From assembly GCF_009914755.1 (NCBI RefSeq), contig NC_060933.1: DNA of 64,000 bases; one strand, written 5' to 3'. This document shows, one piece after another, positions 35,990 through 57,482 of this stretch. The notes under the pieces were generated by a model. The model had not been told where the DNA came from, did not search any database, and was given only the letters and a program-made list of their open reading frames with translations. Source of the stretch: the human T2T-CHM13v2.0 reference genome, Homo sapiens. The translations under genes and the position numbers were made by a program. Within the stretch, counting starts at the first letter, position 1, and every line of letters starts with the position of its first letter.

Positions 35990-36780
35990 GTCAGTCAGTC
36001 AGTCAGTCATTCACTCACTCATTCAGCAAGTATGTTCTGAGGTCTTACTGAGAGATATAGGAAGACACTGAAGGGTTTTAAGCAGAGAAATGACACAATC
36101 AGATTTGGACTTTTAAAAGACCATTCTGACTGCATGAGAAGATAGACTAGGGATGATAAAAATGGATGAGTGGAGACCAGTTTGGATGCAAATATAGTAG
36201 CCCAGGTGAGTGACACCAGTAAGTTAGTCTAGGGTGGTAGAAGCTGTACTAATGAAGAGAAATGCAGGGGTTTAAATAAAATCAACAAAATATGATGACC
36301 GAATGGATATGTGGCAAGGAAAACAGGCCTCAGAATGAGCCAAGGTCTAATACCCAACTAAGCAGACTGTGAGACACAGCCAGTTTGTTGTCTTATTTTT
36401 TATTAGGGGGATAGGGTGGATAAGGAAGATCAGGAATTTGATTTCAGCATGAGTTTGAGTGGCCTAGAATATACCCAAGGGGCCAAGAGTGAGTAAGCAG
36501 TTGAGCATGAAGGTTCGAGCTCAGAAGAAAGGTCTCAGTTGGAAGTTTACATCTGAGAGGCATCATCACTGATGGGAAGTGAAATCATAAGTGAGTAAAA
36601 CTGCCTAGGAATGAGTAGAGTACCGTGAAAGCAGGGCTTGGAACTCTGTTTTCATCAACTCCAACAATTAAAGATTCAACGGAGGATAATGAGCCAGGAG
36701 GCTGAGAAGAAACTGAGAGGTAGAAGGAAAAGCAGCATAGTATGGTATCATGACATGCAAAGTAAGAAAGTGTTCTGAAG
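35990..36780 (-). mobile_element. L2 remnant
   Basis: cattcactcactcattcagcaagta tail, plus ggttttaagcagagaaatgacacaatcagattt...ttttaaaagaccattctg, typical of L2. Confidence 0.65.
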
Positions 36781-37490
36781 ATGGAATTAGACTATAGAGG
36801 ATTCTATTTCAAACATGCACCCTATTAACTGTGTGGTCTTGGATCAATTGCTCCATCAATATGAGGTTAATGATAACAACATACAAAGTTTACTGTAAGA
36901 ATTAAAGATAATATATGTGAGTATTTTAGCATAGTGCTTAGTACAAAGCTGGTACAAATAAGGGCCATTTCTTATTACTACTACAAATTTTTTCAAGTCT
37001 GGTTTCAATATCTTCTCTATCATAGTAATTATATTGCATTGTAAATATATATATATATATATAAAAAGGGTCTTGCTCTGTTGGCCAGGCTGGAGTGCAG
37101 TAGTGCAACCACGGCTCACTGCTGCTTCAACTTTCTGGGCTCAGTTGATCCTCCCACTTCAACCTCCTGAGTAGCTGGGACGACATGCACATACCACCAT
37201 GCACAGCTAATTTTTAAAATCGTTGTAGAGATGGGGTCTCACTATGTTGCCCAGGCTGGTCTGAAACTCCTGGCCTCAAGGGGTCCTCCTGCCCTTGCCT
37301 CCCATAGAGCTGGGCTGTAAGTATTTTTTATGACTGTCTCACATACTAGGCTGGGAATGCATCCTTATATTCCCAGCACCTACTGTAGGGCCAAACACAG
37401 ATTATATACTTAATGAGCCATCTTGCTTTTCAGCATAAGCCAAACTGCATTCTGCTTTGTAAGCATGAGAAAGTGTGCTTTTTATCTTAC

Positions 37491-37619
37491 CTCATACACC
37501 CTGTATCGAACAATGTCATTTGTTTTCATTACACTTTTCAAATCATCCAGCAGATTGCTTTCAAATAAAGCCTCCAGTCCAGCTTGGGTTAGTGATATTC
37601 TTGACAGGGATTTGATAGC
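37491..37619 (-). CDS. PSMD5: PSMD5 exon 4 ([12 protein letters not shown]...VRYRVYE)
   Basis: tataag|GCT ... GAG|gtaaga; 129 nt, phase 0/0. Confidence 0.95.
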
Positions 37620-37991
37620 CTTATAACGAAAGAAAATATCTCTTACATTCCCAAAATGCAGGTTATTATCTACTTCATAAGAGTGATGTAAAAATAGTGC
37701 ATGGAATGCACCTTGCCCATGTTTTAGCTATTATTTATAATTGGAAAAGACGCAAGGTATCCCCCATAGAATTATGATGGATACTGTAGATATGTATATC
37801 CTAGAAAATGAAAGGGGTTTACTAGTATTTACTTGACAACCATTTATTTTACACAATCCATATGAAGTTGTAAATTCCATTACGCAAATCATCCATTCTA
37901 AACCTTCACCTCTCAATTCAGAAGGCCTTTCTTTATCTTTTGGGACACCGATGTCTCTGCACATTTAAGTCAATGATTCTAGTAGACTCAC

Positions 37992-38105
37992 CGCTTTTGC
38001 TACAGATAGATTCTCTCCACCAATGCAATAAACAATTTGTTTTAGTAATTCAGCATTATTTAGAATCTCAGTAACAGCATCAGAATTTTCAACAATTCTT
38101 CCAAT
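37992..38105 (-). CDS. PSMD5: PSMD5 exon 3 ([11 protein letters not shown]...NLSVAKA)
   Basis: tttcag|ATT ... GCG|gtgagt; 114 nt, phase 0/0. Confidence 0.96.
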
Positions 38106-38451
38106 CTGAAAGAAAAACAATCAGAAACACTCTTCTAAAGTAGGGCAACATACGGTAAACACACGATGGTCCAATTTCCTTAGTGCACAGTTATTTTAGG
38201 AGTTAGTGATCACAGCTATATATCAATTCATTAAAAAATCAAAATGACCTAAATTCATTCAGTCAAACACACATATGGTATAGTCACATCTTTGAAAGGA
38301 AAGAAAAAAGAAAGTGGGTAAAGAGGTAAGATAGTTCAGTGAGTGAAAACAATACAAACCCAGCTCTATGTTTAGCTACACTGACCTTGCACAAATTTTA
38401 GCCCCATTTCTTATCCGTAAAATGGGAACACAATATTTAATTCCAGGATAG

Positions 38452-38943
<492 letters not shown>

Positions 38944-39471
38944 TAATCCTTAGCAGCAGCTCTTCACTCAAATAGCAAGGATGCTTTGGTTACCAGGATG
39001 ATAAGAGTTACTGTCTTAATTGTTGGTTTAGTGACCTTTACAATAGCATTTGGTTCATCCAGTGTAAAGAATCTAAAATGGCAGAGAGCTATTTGAACAC
39101 ATAGGAATCTTTTTCTTTACACTAGGAGCTCCTTGAAGGAAAGTAATCAGTTTTGTTTATCTTGGTAACTCTAACAGCATATGGCACCATGCCTGGCATG
39201 TAAAAGGAACTCAGTCAGTATCTGATTAATGAATGATTTAGATGGTACTTAATGGAACTTCTTTCTTTAGCTTGTATCTCCCAGGTTATAGTTAGCTATG
39301 CACATTGGAATAGACCACACATTTCCTAGGGGGAAAGAGGGAGCAGAGGAGAGGGGGAGAAGGAAGAGGGAAGGAGAGAGAGAAATACTGTGCTTTCTTC
39401 ATCTTTCTGTCCCAGTGCAGAACCTGGCCCAGAGCAGGTGGTCAATGTCGGTTCCTAGTAGAATTTCATAC

Positions 39472-39616
39472 CTGGGAAAGAGTGAGGATTTTTACAGAAT
39501 CATCAGGGTGAATTAGTCCCCTCTGCAGGTCAACCCTGAGGTTCCGGGCCACGTGAACCGGTTCCATAGCTTGGAGCAATCTCTCCAGAATGGATACACA
39601 CAAAGTAGTCTTTTCC
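39472..39616 (-). CDS. PSMD5: PSMD5 exon 2 ([14 protein letters not shown]...KILTLSQ)
   Basis: cttcag|G ... CAG|gtatga; 145 nt, phase 2/0. Confidence 0.96.
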
Positions 39617-39766
39617 CTGAAGGAGACATCATAAATCTTATTAGTTCATATCCTGCCCAGGTAGGAAGTAACAACCTAATAATAGCTGAAGCTTGCGTCA
39701 GCGTCTCCTCCACACAGACTTCTTTTTGAAACAGCAGCTTTCACTCACCTACTAAACATTTGCTAA

Positions 39767-40439
<673 letters not shown>

Positions 40440-41329
40440 CGATATATTCTCTAGTCTTAAGGAGCTCAATACAATGAAAGATACAGAAAAAAAAGGCAAC
40501 TGTAATCCAGATAAATAAACGCTATGGGCTAAGACTAGAAACTATAGGAGCTTAAAAAAGAACAGAGGGTACAGGGAAGGCTTCCCAGAAGGGTAACATC
40601 TAAACTAAATTTTAAGAAAAAGTAGGAGTTATCCAGAAGAAAAGTGTTCTAGGTAGAGGGAGTAGCAGCACATGAAAAGGCAGAGAGGAATAAGACATAG
40701 TATTATACTTTCAAGGAACAAGTAGTTTGGTATGATTGGGGTCAGAATGGGAGAGAGGTGGTGAGAAGGTAAAAGGGTGAGGTGAAGGACAAGAACTGAA
40801 ACTGAAAAGATGCACAGAAGCCAGATTCTAACAGGTATTTTATGTCATGCTTGGAATTTAGACTTCTTCCAGAAAATCAATGGCAGGCCATAAGTGGTCT
40901 TAAAGAAGTAAAATGACGAGATCTGACTTATAGAATTCACTCTGCACCAGTGTTAGGGGAAGAATTTTCAATTACAAGGCAGTAAATGGTGAGAGGTGAT
41001 GAAGGAGTAAACCAGGGGAGCAGCAGTGAGGATAGAGAGAAGAGGGAAGAACTATGTAAGAGAAACTGATGACTACCAGTGGTAGATACAGAAGATGTTT
41101 TCAGAACAATTTTCTTGTCTCTTAATAGACACTACAAATAAATGGGCTAATATATTGTTAGTAGTAGTACACAATTCAACTGATACAACCTTTTGGGTAG
41201 GTAACTACATGATACAAATGAAAAGCCTTAAAAATGAACATACTCTTTTAATTCAGGAATTTCACTTTGCATAATTGAACCTAAGGTAGTATTAAGAATG
41301 TTTTTATACCAAAGATAATTGAAAACATG

Positions 41330-44460
<3,131 letters not shown>

Positions 44461-45958
44461 TAGTGGTACGTTAAACTGCACAGTGCACAAATTTCAGATC
44501 CTATGTGACCCTTCTTTGCCAACGAGCCAAAGAGTTAATGCTTAAAATTAGTCTTGTTTGATTTTCATGTTCTAAAGCAGTAATCTTAGGACTTAAACTC
44601 TCTCAAAAAAAACTGTCAAGATTCTAACTTACATCTGCAAGATCAGATTGTGAACCAACACACAACAACTTATGTGGTTTAGCCAGGATAACAGCAAAGT
44701 ATCTGAAGACTGCCAGATACTATCCAGAGAATTATTCCCACAAGGTGCAGTTGGTATCTACTATGTATCCAGTTCTGAATTATTCTGTCTTTAAATTCCA
44801 TTAAAATTGTTCCCTAAAGCACTGCTCCTTCATTCAGCAAACTATCTTCCCCATGGACCTGAATCCTCAAATTCTGCCTCACTTCAGTTCCTACTGCATC
44901 TCTGCTGTCAACTTGCGGTATGACCTCTGGAAGTCTCTTCATCTCTAATAGGAGAGGTTGGACAAGGTGGCCACTCTAAACTCTGTGAGTCTCAAATTTA
45001 ATTGGGCGTATACTGCATTATGTGCTGGGCCCTAAGAGGGATGCAGACATGAACAAAATGCGGTCACTGCCTTCAAAGAATTTACAAACTGGAAATAGAC
45101 ACACAGAGAACTATAACATAGGTAATAGTGTCAATTATCATTAACAGAAATAACAATAATGTCCTTTAGCAGATCTAAGGAGCAGTCATTTGCAACTGGA
45201 ATAATTGAGAAAAATATTTTGGAGGAGATGGCTCTTTAGTGGGCCTAAAAGGATGGACAGAATATGGACAGACAGCAAAGTATTTCAGTTAGAAAGGCTG
45301 GTATGAGTAAAGTTAGGAAAGTGCAAGTCAGGCTTAAGGAAAAATAAGGGTGCCACATGGTAGCTGGAGCAGATGAAAAGAAGTGGAGTGGAGGAAAAAA
45401 GTGAGGTTGGAAAAGTAGGATGGAAATATACTGTAAAGGGCCCAAATGGCATTCTAAAAACTCACTACAGGCAATGGGAAACCACGGAAAAGATTAGCAC
45501 CAGCTGACTCGAGATGTATGCTCACTGGGGTTACAAGGTGGGAAGGAATTTGCTAGAAAAGGAATTTGCTAGAAAAGGAATTTCAGAGGTAAGGAGAAGT
45601 CAGACTAACACTACAGACCTAGCAATAGGGAAAAAATGAGGGCTTGAATTAAAGAGGAGACAAATAAGAGACATTTCATAGGCAGACCCAAATAATGTTA
45701 ACTGATAGACATCATGAATGGAGAACACTTACAGAAAAGGAAGGAATCTTAGAAGGTCAGAGCCAAGAAAGCGCTCTGAAATCATCCACTGTTGATTCAG
45801 TGGTTCATAATCTTTTCAAGTAGTAAGGTCACTTGAAAGTCTTTGATCACAAACATTTCAAAACTCTTTTAAATGATCAAATTATCAAATACAAAGTGGT
45901 TTTTTTTTCCTTTTTTTCCCCAGAATCCAGGTAAGAATTATAAAATGTTTTTTTAATC

Positions 45959-47811
<1,853 letters not shown>

Positions 47812-47949
47812 CTACCTCAATAACTTAAATAACTGCACAGTGTTACAGAGTAATAGCGCATAATTTGGAATCCTCTGTTAACGGATATTTAGATTGTTTC
47901 TAGTGTTCTGGTGCCACACACGATATGTTATATTCTTGCATATAATGTT

Positions 47950-48422
47950 GTAGGGTCCTCCAGTCGCCCCCTTTCTTTCTCTGTCCTGATGGAAAATCAG
48001 AGTGCCTTGATTGCTCTCTGACCTAGCCAGCGGCAGGTTTCCCTAGCAGGCTTGACCATAAACCAGGGGCCTTGAACATTCACAGGCCTGATAAAGGTAC
48101 CTAGGTTGTTGCCCAAAACACTGGAAGAAACTGGCCTCAACCCTGAGCCAAATTCCTTTAAACTCTCATCTGAACTCCATACCCTGACCCCCTCACTGCG
48201 GACATACCCAGGAACACCTTTCTCCCGGTGTCCGTCTTGACAATTTCTGCAGCCCTCTGCAGGTTTCCCCCTAAACGCTTTTGGACTGATCGCCTTGGCA
48301 TTCAGTGCTTCTTTTTCTGTCATCCCAACCAGCCACATCTCGGGAAGGTTTGAAGCACTCCCTCGTGGGAACTCTCTTGCCGCTGCTTTTGGGGCGATTC
48401 CAGCCTCGGGTTCGAAAGAACA
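47950..48422 (+). mobile_element. ERV1 solo LTR (MER66-like)
   Basis: tgtagggtcctccag...cagagtgccttga...ggggccttgaacatt...ggttgttgcccaaaacactg...ccctgagccaaattcc...aaca. TG...CA ends; family recalled by eye. Confidence 0.65.
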
Positions 48423-48895
48423 AAGTAACTGCACATTTTGTGCGCGTATACTTGCATTAAATTTTTTTAACAAGAATGACTGGATGAAAAAGCATGTGAA
48501 TTTAAAATGCTGATGGTTCTTGCCACATTGCCAGGATAGGATCCTTTTAGAAGGGGAAACAAATCAAGAACCTGTACAAAGAGATGTGGAATGCTCCTTG
48601 TAAGTGGACAGCTTTGCTTTCCTCCTTTAATTTCTATTTGATGAAGAAGGCAGTGCCTCACTGCTCAGAGGCAGCGAGGCCAGGCGACGGGAGAAAACAC
48701 CCTGGGGCACTCTCAGAGGCTGAACCTGAACCCCATCTCCTGCCTCTGAACCCAGGATCCTTCCTTCTCTGCAAATTTCGGCTACTTTCCACCTCCCCTG
48801 TGACTGGGAAAAGCGCTGTTCTTGCCCTCAACCACTCTCATGTCCATATTTAGGGGTGCCCCTCTCCTCGGCTCAAGCCCCCGGGGTCCTCTCAC

Positions 48896-49068
48896 CTATG
48901 GTTCTCGTTAAGCAGGGAGAAGAGCGGGCCGAGGCGCAGCTCCGCCGCTTGCTGGCGAAGCTCGTTGAGCGGCACTGCCTGCAGCACGGAGTGAAGCGCG
49001 CGTAGCTCCTCCAGCGGCGCTTCCAGCCTCGCTACCTCTCTCAGCAGCGCCAAAGCCTGGGCTGCCAT
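48896..49068 (-). CDS. PSMD5: PSMD5 exon 1 coding part ([22 protein letters not shown]...LNENHR); 26S proteasome base assembly chaperone S5b
   Basis: aagATGG start at 49068; donor CATAG|gtgaga; 173 nt. The ten exons sum to 1515 nt = 504 aa plus stop, with consistent phases. Confidence 0.97.
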
Positions 49069-49417
49069 CTTGCCCCCCGACGCAGGGGCTGGCCCAGCGG
49101 CCCAGTTCCCGGGGCGCTTTCCTGAACCTCGCGAGATCTGATCACAGCCTCCTTGTCCCTGAGATGGCTATGGGGCTGCCAAGCCTCGCGAGAAGCCTCC
49201 GTTAGGGCCGTGTCAACTGTAGCCAGTGGTTGCGGCTCCCTCAGTCTGGCGTCATCTAGGTCGCTGCTCAGGGAAATGCGGAGGCCAGTAGGCTTACGTG
49301 TTTACCGCGTAGGGCAAAGCCTTGCCAAATTCCCGGCCAGCGGAGCGGCGAGGGTGGGGACTCACGGGAAGTTAAACAGCCTCGTCGGCGTCCTCGAGGC
49401 TCCAAAACCAGGCTCTA

Positions 49418-51390
<1,973 letters not shown>

Positions 51391-52348
51391 AAAAAAGAAA
51401 TTTTTTTTTTCTGACTAAAAAAAAAAAGGAAATTTTGTTAACAAAATCAAGAATTTAAAAAAAATGCTGTGAGAGCTGATCTATGCATCTGGTTTGTGAG
51501 CCAGTATTCTGTGATGGCTGCAGTTTTTAGAGATCCTAGTAGCTCTACACATCTGTCTTCTGCTTTCCTAGAACCTGGGCACCCCATGGATGACTCACTG
51601 CTGGTTTTGTGTGTGTGTGTGTGTGATTTAAAATTACATTCAGTCAACTCTATAGCCCTATGGGCTTTTTGAATAACCAAATGCTCAACAGTTCTGTAAT
51701 CTTTCAGGTTGCTGTGATCAGTCCCCAAGGAGTCTACACTCTCAAAGAGACTGGGAAAGGCCTGTGAGACAATGGGATTCTTTTTTCTAGAGGTGTAACT
51801 CTGCCTGTGTTTGCATGCCACCTCCAGAACCACTAAAATATAATTTCTCAGTGGGTGACTGAGTAAGACTGGCAGCAATTGCAAAAGCAGATTCATGCCA
51901 TGTGTCACTCTTCACAGTCAGGAACTTATTTACCTCTTGGAACTTTCCAAAGGAACGATGATGGTGGCGGTAATGTCACATTAGTATGGAGCCCTTAAAT
52001 TCAGCAGTGTTCAACCTGAGGGAAGACAGAGTAGGTCAATTCTCTTGGCAGCAGCTGAGGGAAGGAGAGAGCAGGGAGCAGGGCTCAGATAAGGTTTGTT
52101 TGGCAGGGTCCAAGCACTTCATGGAATGGAGACCTTTGGCTGTCAGAGATCTGAGGAAGATTTGTCAGGGCCTGCTACACTCTGAGGGCTTGCAGTTTGG
52201 ATGGTTGGGAACACTTCTTCCTTGCACTGATGGTGCTCCTATTTCTATGACACGTGTACTAGTTCAGACACAATTTATTGTGTTCACCAATTCTATGCAC
52301 AGCAATCAGACTGAGATTGAAATCCAGTATAATATTAAAGGTGATCTG

Positions 52349-52640
52349 GGCCAGGCGCAGTGGCTCATACTTGTAATCCCAGCACTTTGGGACGCTGAGT
52401 TAGGGGGATCACTTGAGGCCAGGAGTTTGGGACCAGCCTGGGCCAGAAAATGAGACCCCATCTGTAAAAAAAAATTTTTTTTAGGTTAGCCAGGCATGGT
52501 GGTGCATGCTTGTAGTCCTAGCTACTTGGGACACTAAAGTGGGAGGATTGCATGAGCCCAGGAGTTCGAGGCTGTAGTGAGCTAAGATTGTGCCTCTGCA
52601 CTCCAGCCTGGGTGACAGAGCAAGACTCTGTCTCTAAAAC
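52349..52640 (+). mobile_element. AluJ
   Basis: Sense Alu with gggaggattgcatgagcccaggagttcgaggctgtagtgagc. Confidence 0.88.
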
Positions 52641-53436
52641 ACACACACAAACAACAACTGACAAGGCATTTCAGCCTGGAGTCAGTCAAAAAATCTTAGA
52701 GGTCTGTAAAGGAGATGACTATGCTGTTAGGGCTGTGGTAGAAACCTTTAATAACAAGTGAAAAGAGCTTGTATTTGCCAAAATGAACACAGGATATGAT
52801 TCTTTTTTTGCTTTTGCTTTGGAGTTGTATCAGCTCTGTGCGGTCACATGGGTATCTACAAATCAAAGCACCCATCAACCAGATGCATCTCTGAGAGTTA
52901 ACAGCAGAAGGTGGCATAATAAAAGAAGTTCTCGGTAGTGAAAAAGGTTGGAAACCACCAGCTAAACCAATCCTCTTGTACCAATAGGAGATTCAAGTTG
53001 AGAGGTGGGAAAGGGCCTATCTCAGAGTAGGTGCTTGAATACTTCTTACTAGAATGAAAGAAGGAACTTAAGATCACACAGCCATGTTACTGCAGGACGG
53101 GGAATGGAACCTAGGTCTTCTTATTTTTGGTTCAGTGTTAACTCCCATTCTCTAAGCAGACTGGGCCTGTTATTCAAACTGCCTTCCCATAGGTGCTTCC
53201 CTGCTTCTCTCCTCACCCAGAGAAGGACTTACAAACAGCTTATCTTCAGAGGTTTTGTGCCTGATAGTTATGGAATGTGCTGGTTTGAGCAGGGAGGATG
53301 TAAGGGGAGGGAATGCTAAAAGCCTGTCTACTTAGAGTCAGGTTTCCTGGGTAAGTCCCTGGAACCCCATCCCCTTCCCCTTTCTTGAGACCCCAGGACT
53401 TGCTCCAGTAACTGCCACCCTGTGCCTTTGCTTCAG

Positions 53437-53496
53437 GGCCATGCTGGATAAGGAGCTGGCTGCCTCTGTGAACATCCTACTCAAGGCATCTTCACT
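53437..53496 (+). pseudogene. CUTALP: CUTALP: CutA-like exon (AMLDKELAASVNILLKASSL)
   Basis: cttcag|G ... CT|gtgagt; 60 nt. Matches the CutA-family motif L..KLAA(C/S)VNI.P...S. Confidence 0.85.
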
Positions 53497-55079
53497 GTGA
53501 GTTTTGCTGTTGCCATTGGAGGGGGAGTGGGGGGAGTGTGGGGAGTGCTAGGGTCAGGTCCTGGCTGGTGTAAAGAACACTGAATTAAAGGAATTGTCAG
53601 AATAACTCAAAGGCATTTAGATAATCAACAGTCCATTTCAGTGTTTTTATTCAGAGATCGATCGATCAGTGGGATGTTGTCCAACAAAAGCAAAAATAGA
53701 CTGTATAGAGAAGGAAGGAAAAACTGCATAATTTAGGAACAGTATATCTTGTTTGCACATTCTTTGGTTAAATCAATTAGCCTGCTGTTAGGAAGGAAGT
53801 CTGGGCATTTTATCCTTGAGTAAACCAACTAGGGATATCAGAGAAAACAGTTTCCAATGCTTTTGGATTCTCCAGAAAACAGACAGTTTAGCATATATGA
53901 CAGGCTGCTTCTGCGTATTGTCTACCTTTCATTTCATTAACAACTTCACTTTAGAAGCCTGGTCTGCACCATTTCCCTCATCACAATACTTTAGCATCCT
54001 GGCACTAGCTGTGCAGGATTTGTCGTACGTCTTCCTTTCCCTGATGATCATGTTTCTCATTTCCTTCCCTCTCTCCCTTACACCCTCAAAAGAGAGAGAC
54101 ATAATATACATTCTCAAGGTCATATAAGCTATATAATGAAAGCTACCTTTTTTTCCCCAGTGATGTTATTTCCTCAGTGGCTCACACCATCTGTAGTCAT
54201 AGTTCCCAAATTTGGCCATGCGGTCTATCCCTGAACTCCAGCCTCAATCTATTCAATTAGTCGCCCTGAGGATGGGGCCCAGGTCTCTGAATTTTTAAAG
54301 ACTTGTATAGATAAGTCACATTTAGCCAGTCTGGGAACCAGTGTTGGGAAATTGAATAGAATTTCATCCTACTATTTCCTTTATATGCCCATCCTTTCTC
54401 GTGATGTATTATTTTGCCACAGTCCTGTGACACAGGAAGGGCCAGTGGCCTTGGTCATCTTAGATTTGCCCTTGTTGATCTTCTCAGGGTAAATGTCTTT
54501 CCTTTCCCCTGATGGTGTTCTTATACTGTCTTCTGATCATCATTTCTGACTTTGTTTTCAGCATCTAAAAGTTTCCATAACTATAAGGCTTACTTCTTCC
54601 CTGCAGTCTTCCGTGTTTTTAGTTATTCATTTATGGGCACTCTCCTTGGAAAGTCAGTGATCAAAATAGCACTAGTGTGTAGGATGAGCACTGGAAGAGC
54701 TCAAGCAGAGAAGACATAGGAGTTTCTGCAGGGCTGTCCTGGGGTGGTTCTTGATGAGGCCAGTTGGGGAAAAAGCTAGGTGGCAGATGTTGGCACACTA
54801 TAAGAAAAAGCATCTTGTGAAAACCTTTAAGTTAGATGGACTTCATCAAGAGATGATGAACCTCCCACCTCCAGGAATGTTCAGGCAAATGCCAGATGCA
54901 TGCATTGGAATCGTTGGACCAGATGACATGTGAGGCCTTGGTCAACTCTAGACTTGTTTATATAGGCTTGGAAAGATTTTAAAGTTTTCTCCTCAGTAGG
55001 TCACTTAGGTGGGCCAGGTTTGACACTTCACTGAGCTCCTCTTAGGAGCATCATAATTTGGTTTTGTTCCCTTCTCCAG

Positions 55080-55122
55080 GTACTTTTGGGAGGGAAAAAT
55101 AGAAGCCACTAACATCCTGTTA
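55080..55122 (+). pseudogene. CUTALP: CUTALP: CutA-like exon (YFWEGKIEATNILL)
   Basis: ctccag|G ... TTA|gtgagg. In phase with the previous exon; CutA motif Y.W.G.IE. Confidence 0.82.
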
Positions 55123-55126
55123 GTGA

Positions 55127-55460
<334 letters not shown>

Positions 55461-55499
55461 TGTTGTTTGTTTTTTCTTTTCTTTTCTTTTTTTTTTTTT

Positions 55500-56020
55500 T
55501 AACCATTAGTGCAAATGTCAACATAGTAAAAGGATAAATAATAAAATAATATTGTTATGAAAGTAGTTTTGACCCCATGGACCCCCTAGAGTCCTGGAGA
55601 TCCCCATGGGTCAGTGGACCTTCACTTTGAGAACCTCTAGTATAAACCTTTATCATTCAGAAGTGGAATTTTTGGAATTGGCATCACCTGGGAGCTTTCA
55701 AGAACTGTAGAATCTCCTGCTCACCCCAGACCTACCGAATCAAATTATAGTTTAACAAGACCCCCAGGGGATTTCTGTGCACATTAAATCTTGAGAAGCA
55801 CTGGTCTAAACCAGTGTTTCTCACCGCTGGCTGCTATGTATTAGCATCACTTGGAAACATTTTTCAAACTACCAATTTAGGCCCCACCTCACAGATTTCG
55901 ACTTAATTTGGCCAGGGCGGGGATCAAGTATAGTGGTACTAAAAAGCACCTTTCTTTTTAGATGACTCTAACGTGGTCACCTGAACCTTCTGAGGTTGAC
56001 TCTAACGTAGGGCCAGAGAT
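55500..56020. mobile_element. Run of hAT-Charlie relics (MER5A/MER5B-like and related)
   Basis: cactttgagaacc end; gcatcacctgggagctt...ccccagacctaccgaatca...ttgagaagcactgg; ccagtgtttctca... Confidence 0.6.
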
Positions 56021-57380
56021 GCAAACCACCTATATGGATGATGAAACCTTTTCTTTACTCCTTAGGGAACTAAGATTCTGTGAATACACCGTTCCCCTGG
56101 GTCTCAAACTAGCTCTAGAGGAGGCCCTCATGATACCACCTCAGCAGAGGTGAGAGAGTAAGGAACCATTGGTAGAGCCAGTACTGTGGAGAAATTAAAA
56201 TTTAACTGGTGAGGGACAGCTTCAGGGTTAAGAGAGTTGGACCTCCTACCTTGAAACCTGGCTCCCCACCTGCCACTGTTCCATAGTGCTTGGAAAATAT
56301 GAATATTTTATGTGCCTCAGTTGCCCCTTCTGTAAAATTGGGATTATACTAATGGGTTGTTATGCATATGGAAATTAATATGTGAAACCTGTACATGAAA
56401 TGCTTTATCAGTCTCAGCTCTTATTCCTAATGTGTTAAAAATGTCTTTGAATTCTGTATGTCTGCTTATAAAAACACATAAGTTAACAAAATTCATTATC
56501 CTCAGGCACCCAACGTACAGAATATTTAAGCATACATTTGAAGCAACATGTGAATGTATACATATGCTGTGATTTATTAAGCATGTTACGGGAACTTTAA
56601 AACACCTCATTCAGCAGAAAGGAGGCAGAGGATTATAATCCTCATTTGACAGATGGGACACTGAGGCCCAAGTCCTCATGTTCCTTCAGTCTAGAAAGTG
56701 AAGAGAACTTGCACTGTGTGACAAGGGCCAGGCGAAAGACACAGGAGAGGAAGATAGATTCCTGTAGACCTTGTTTGTCAGGGAAGATCCCTTGGGAAAG
56801 GTCAGTGGTTGAATTGGACCTTGAGGGACAGAGAAGTTTTTTTTTTTTTAAGCAAGAATAGGCTTTTGATTGATCAGCAGGAGCAGGTGGAATCTAGGTG
56901 GGCAAAAGAATACAGAGATACTGGGGGAGGGGGGATTGTTTTGGGAAGTGATGTGTATAGGATAATAATAAAAAGAGTAGCTCACATGTAATGAATGCAT
57001 ACAGTGCCAGCTGGTATACTGGGTAAGTGCTTTGTATACCTTGTGTTAATTAATCCTCAGCAGTCCAGTCATGTAGGGCCTTTTTTTTTTTTTTAAAAAT
57101 AGGAGCATTTAAAGAAAACTAAGTGACTTGTCCATAGTCAGACAGCTAGTAGGGGCAAAGTTAGAATTTGAACCCATGTCTGTGAGACTCTAAAGCTATC
57201 TGGCCTAACTGGCCACTTATTGACAGATGGGAAACATAGGCTAGGGAGTGACAGGCCGTGGGCCTGGACAGGTGGGGTGCGGCAGGTTGCAGAGGGCCTC
57301 CCTTGAGGCTGGCCAGTTGGGTTTTATCACGAGTTGATTCTAATCATAGTCACTTATAGGGCTTTGCTTTCTCTCCAAAG

Positions 57381-57482
57381 GCTGTACATCCTTTTGAAAT
57401 CCCAGAGATCTTCAGTCTCCCTGTGGATTAAGGAGATGTGCAGTATTTAAAGTGGCTTCAGGAAGGCATGGAAGAGGACTGA
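57381..57482 (+). pseudogene. CUTALP: CUTALP: terminal CutA-like coding exon with a premature stop (VHPFEIPEIFSLPVD*GDVQYLKWLQEGMEED*)
   Basis: ccaaag| acceptor; CutA motif HP(Y/F)E.PE...LP...G...YL.W. In-frame TAA at 57429-57431; natural TGA at 57480-57482. Confidence 0.9.

Noticed and set aside
45543-45583. Short tandem repeat (aaggaatttgctagaa x2.5), and similar small duplications near 8210 and 29960
   Set aside because: Ordinary slippage duplications with no spacers; not CRISPR-like and no sign of function.
52262-52330. QFIVFTNS within the 155-aa ORF 51986-52453, faintly like a CutA N-terminal strand
   Set aside because: Too weak, with no supporting splice sites; the ORF ends in an Alu.
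56465-56506. LIKTHKLTKFIILR, resembling the missing CutA IKT exon
   Set aside because: No AG acceptor or GT donor, and similarity is limited to four residues.
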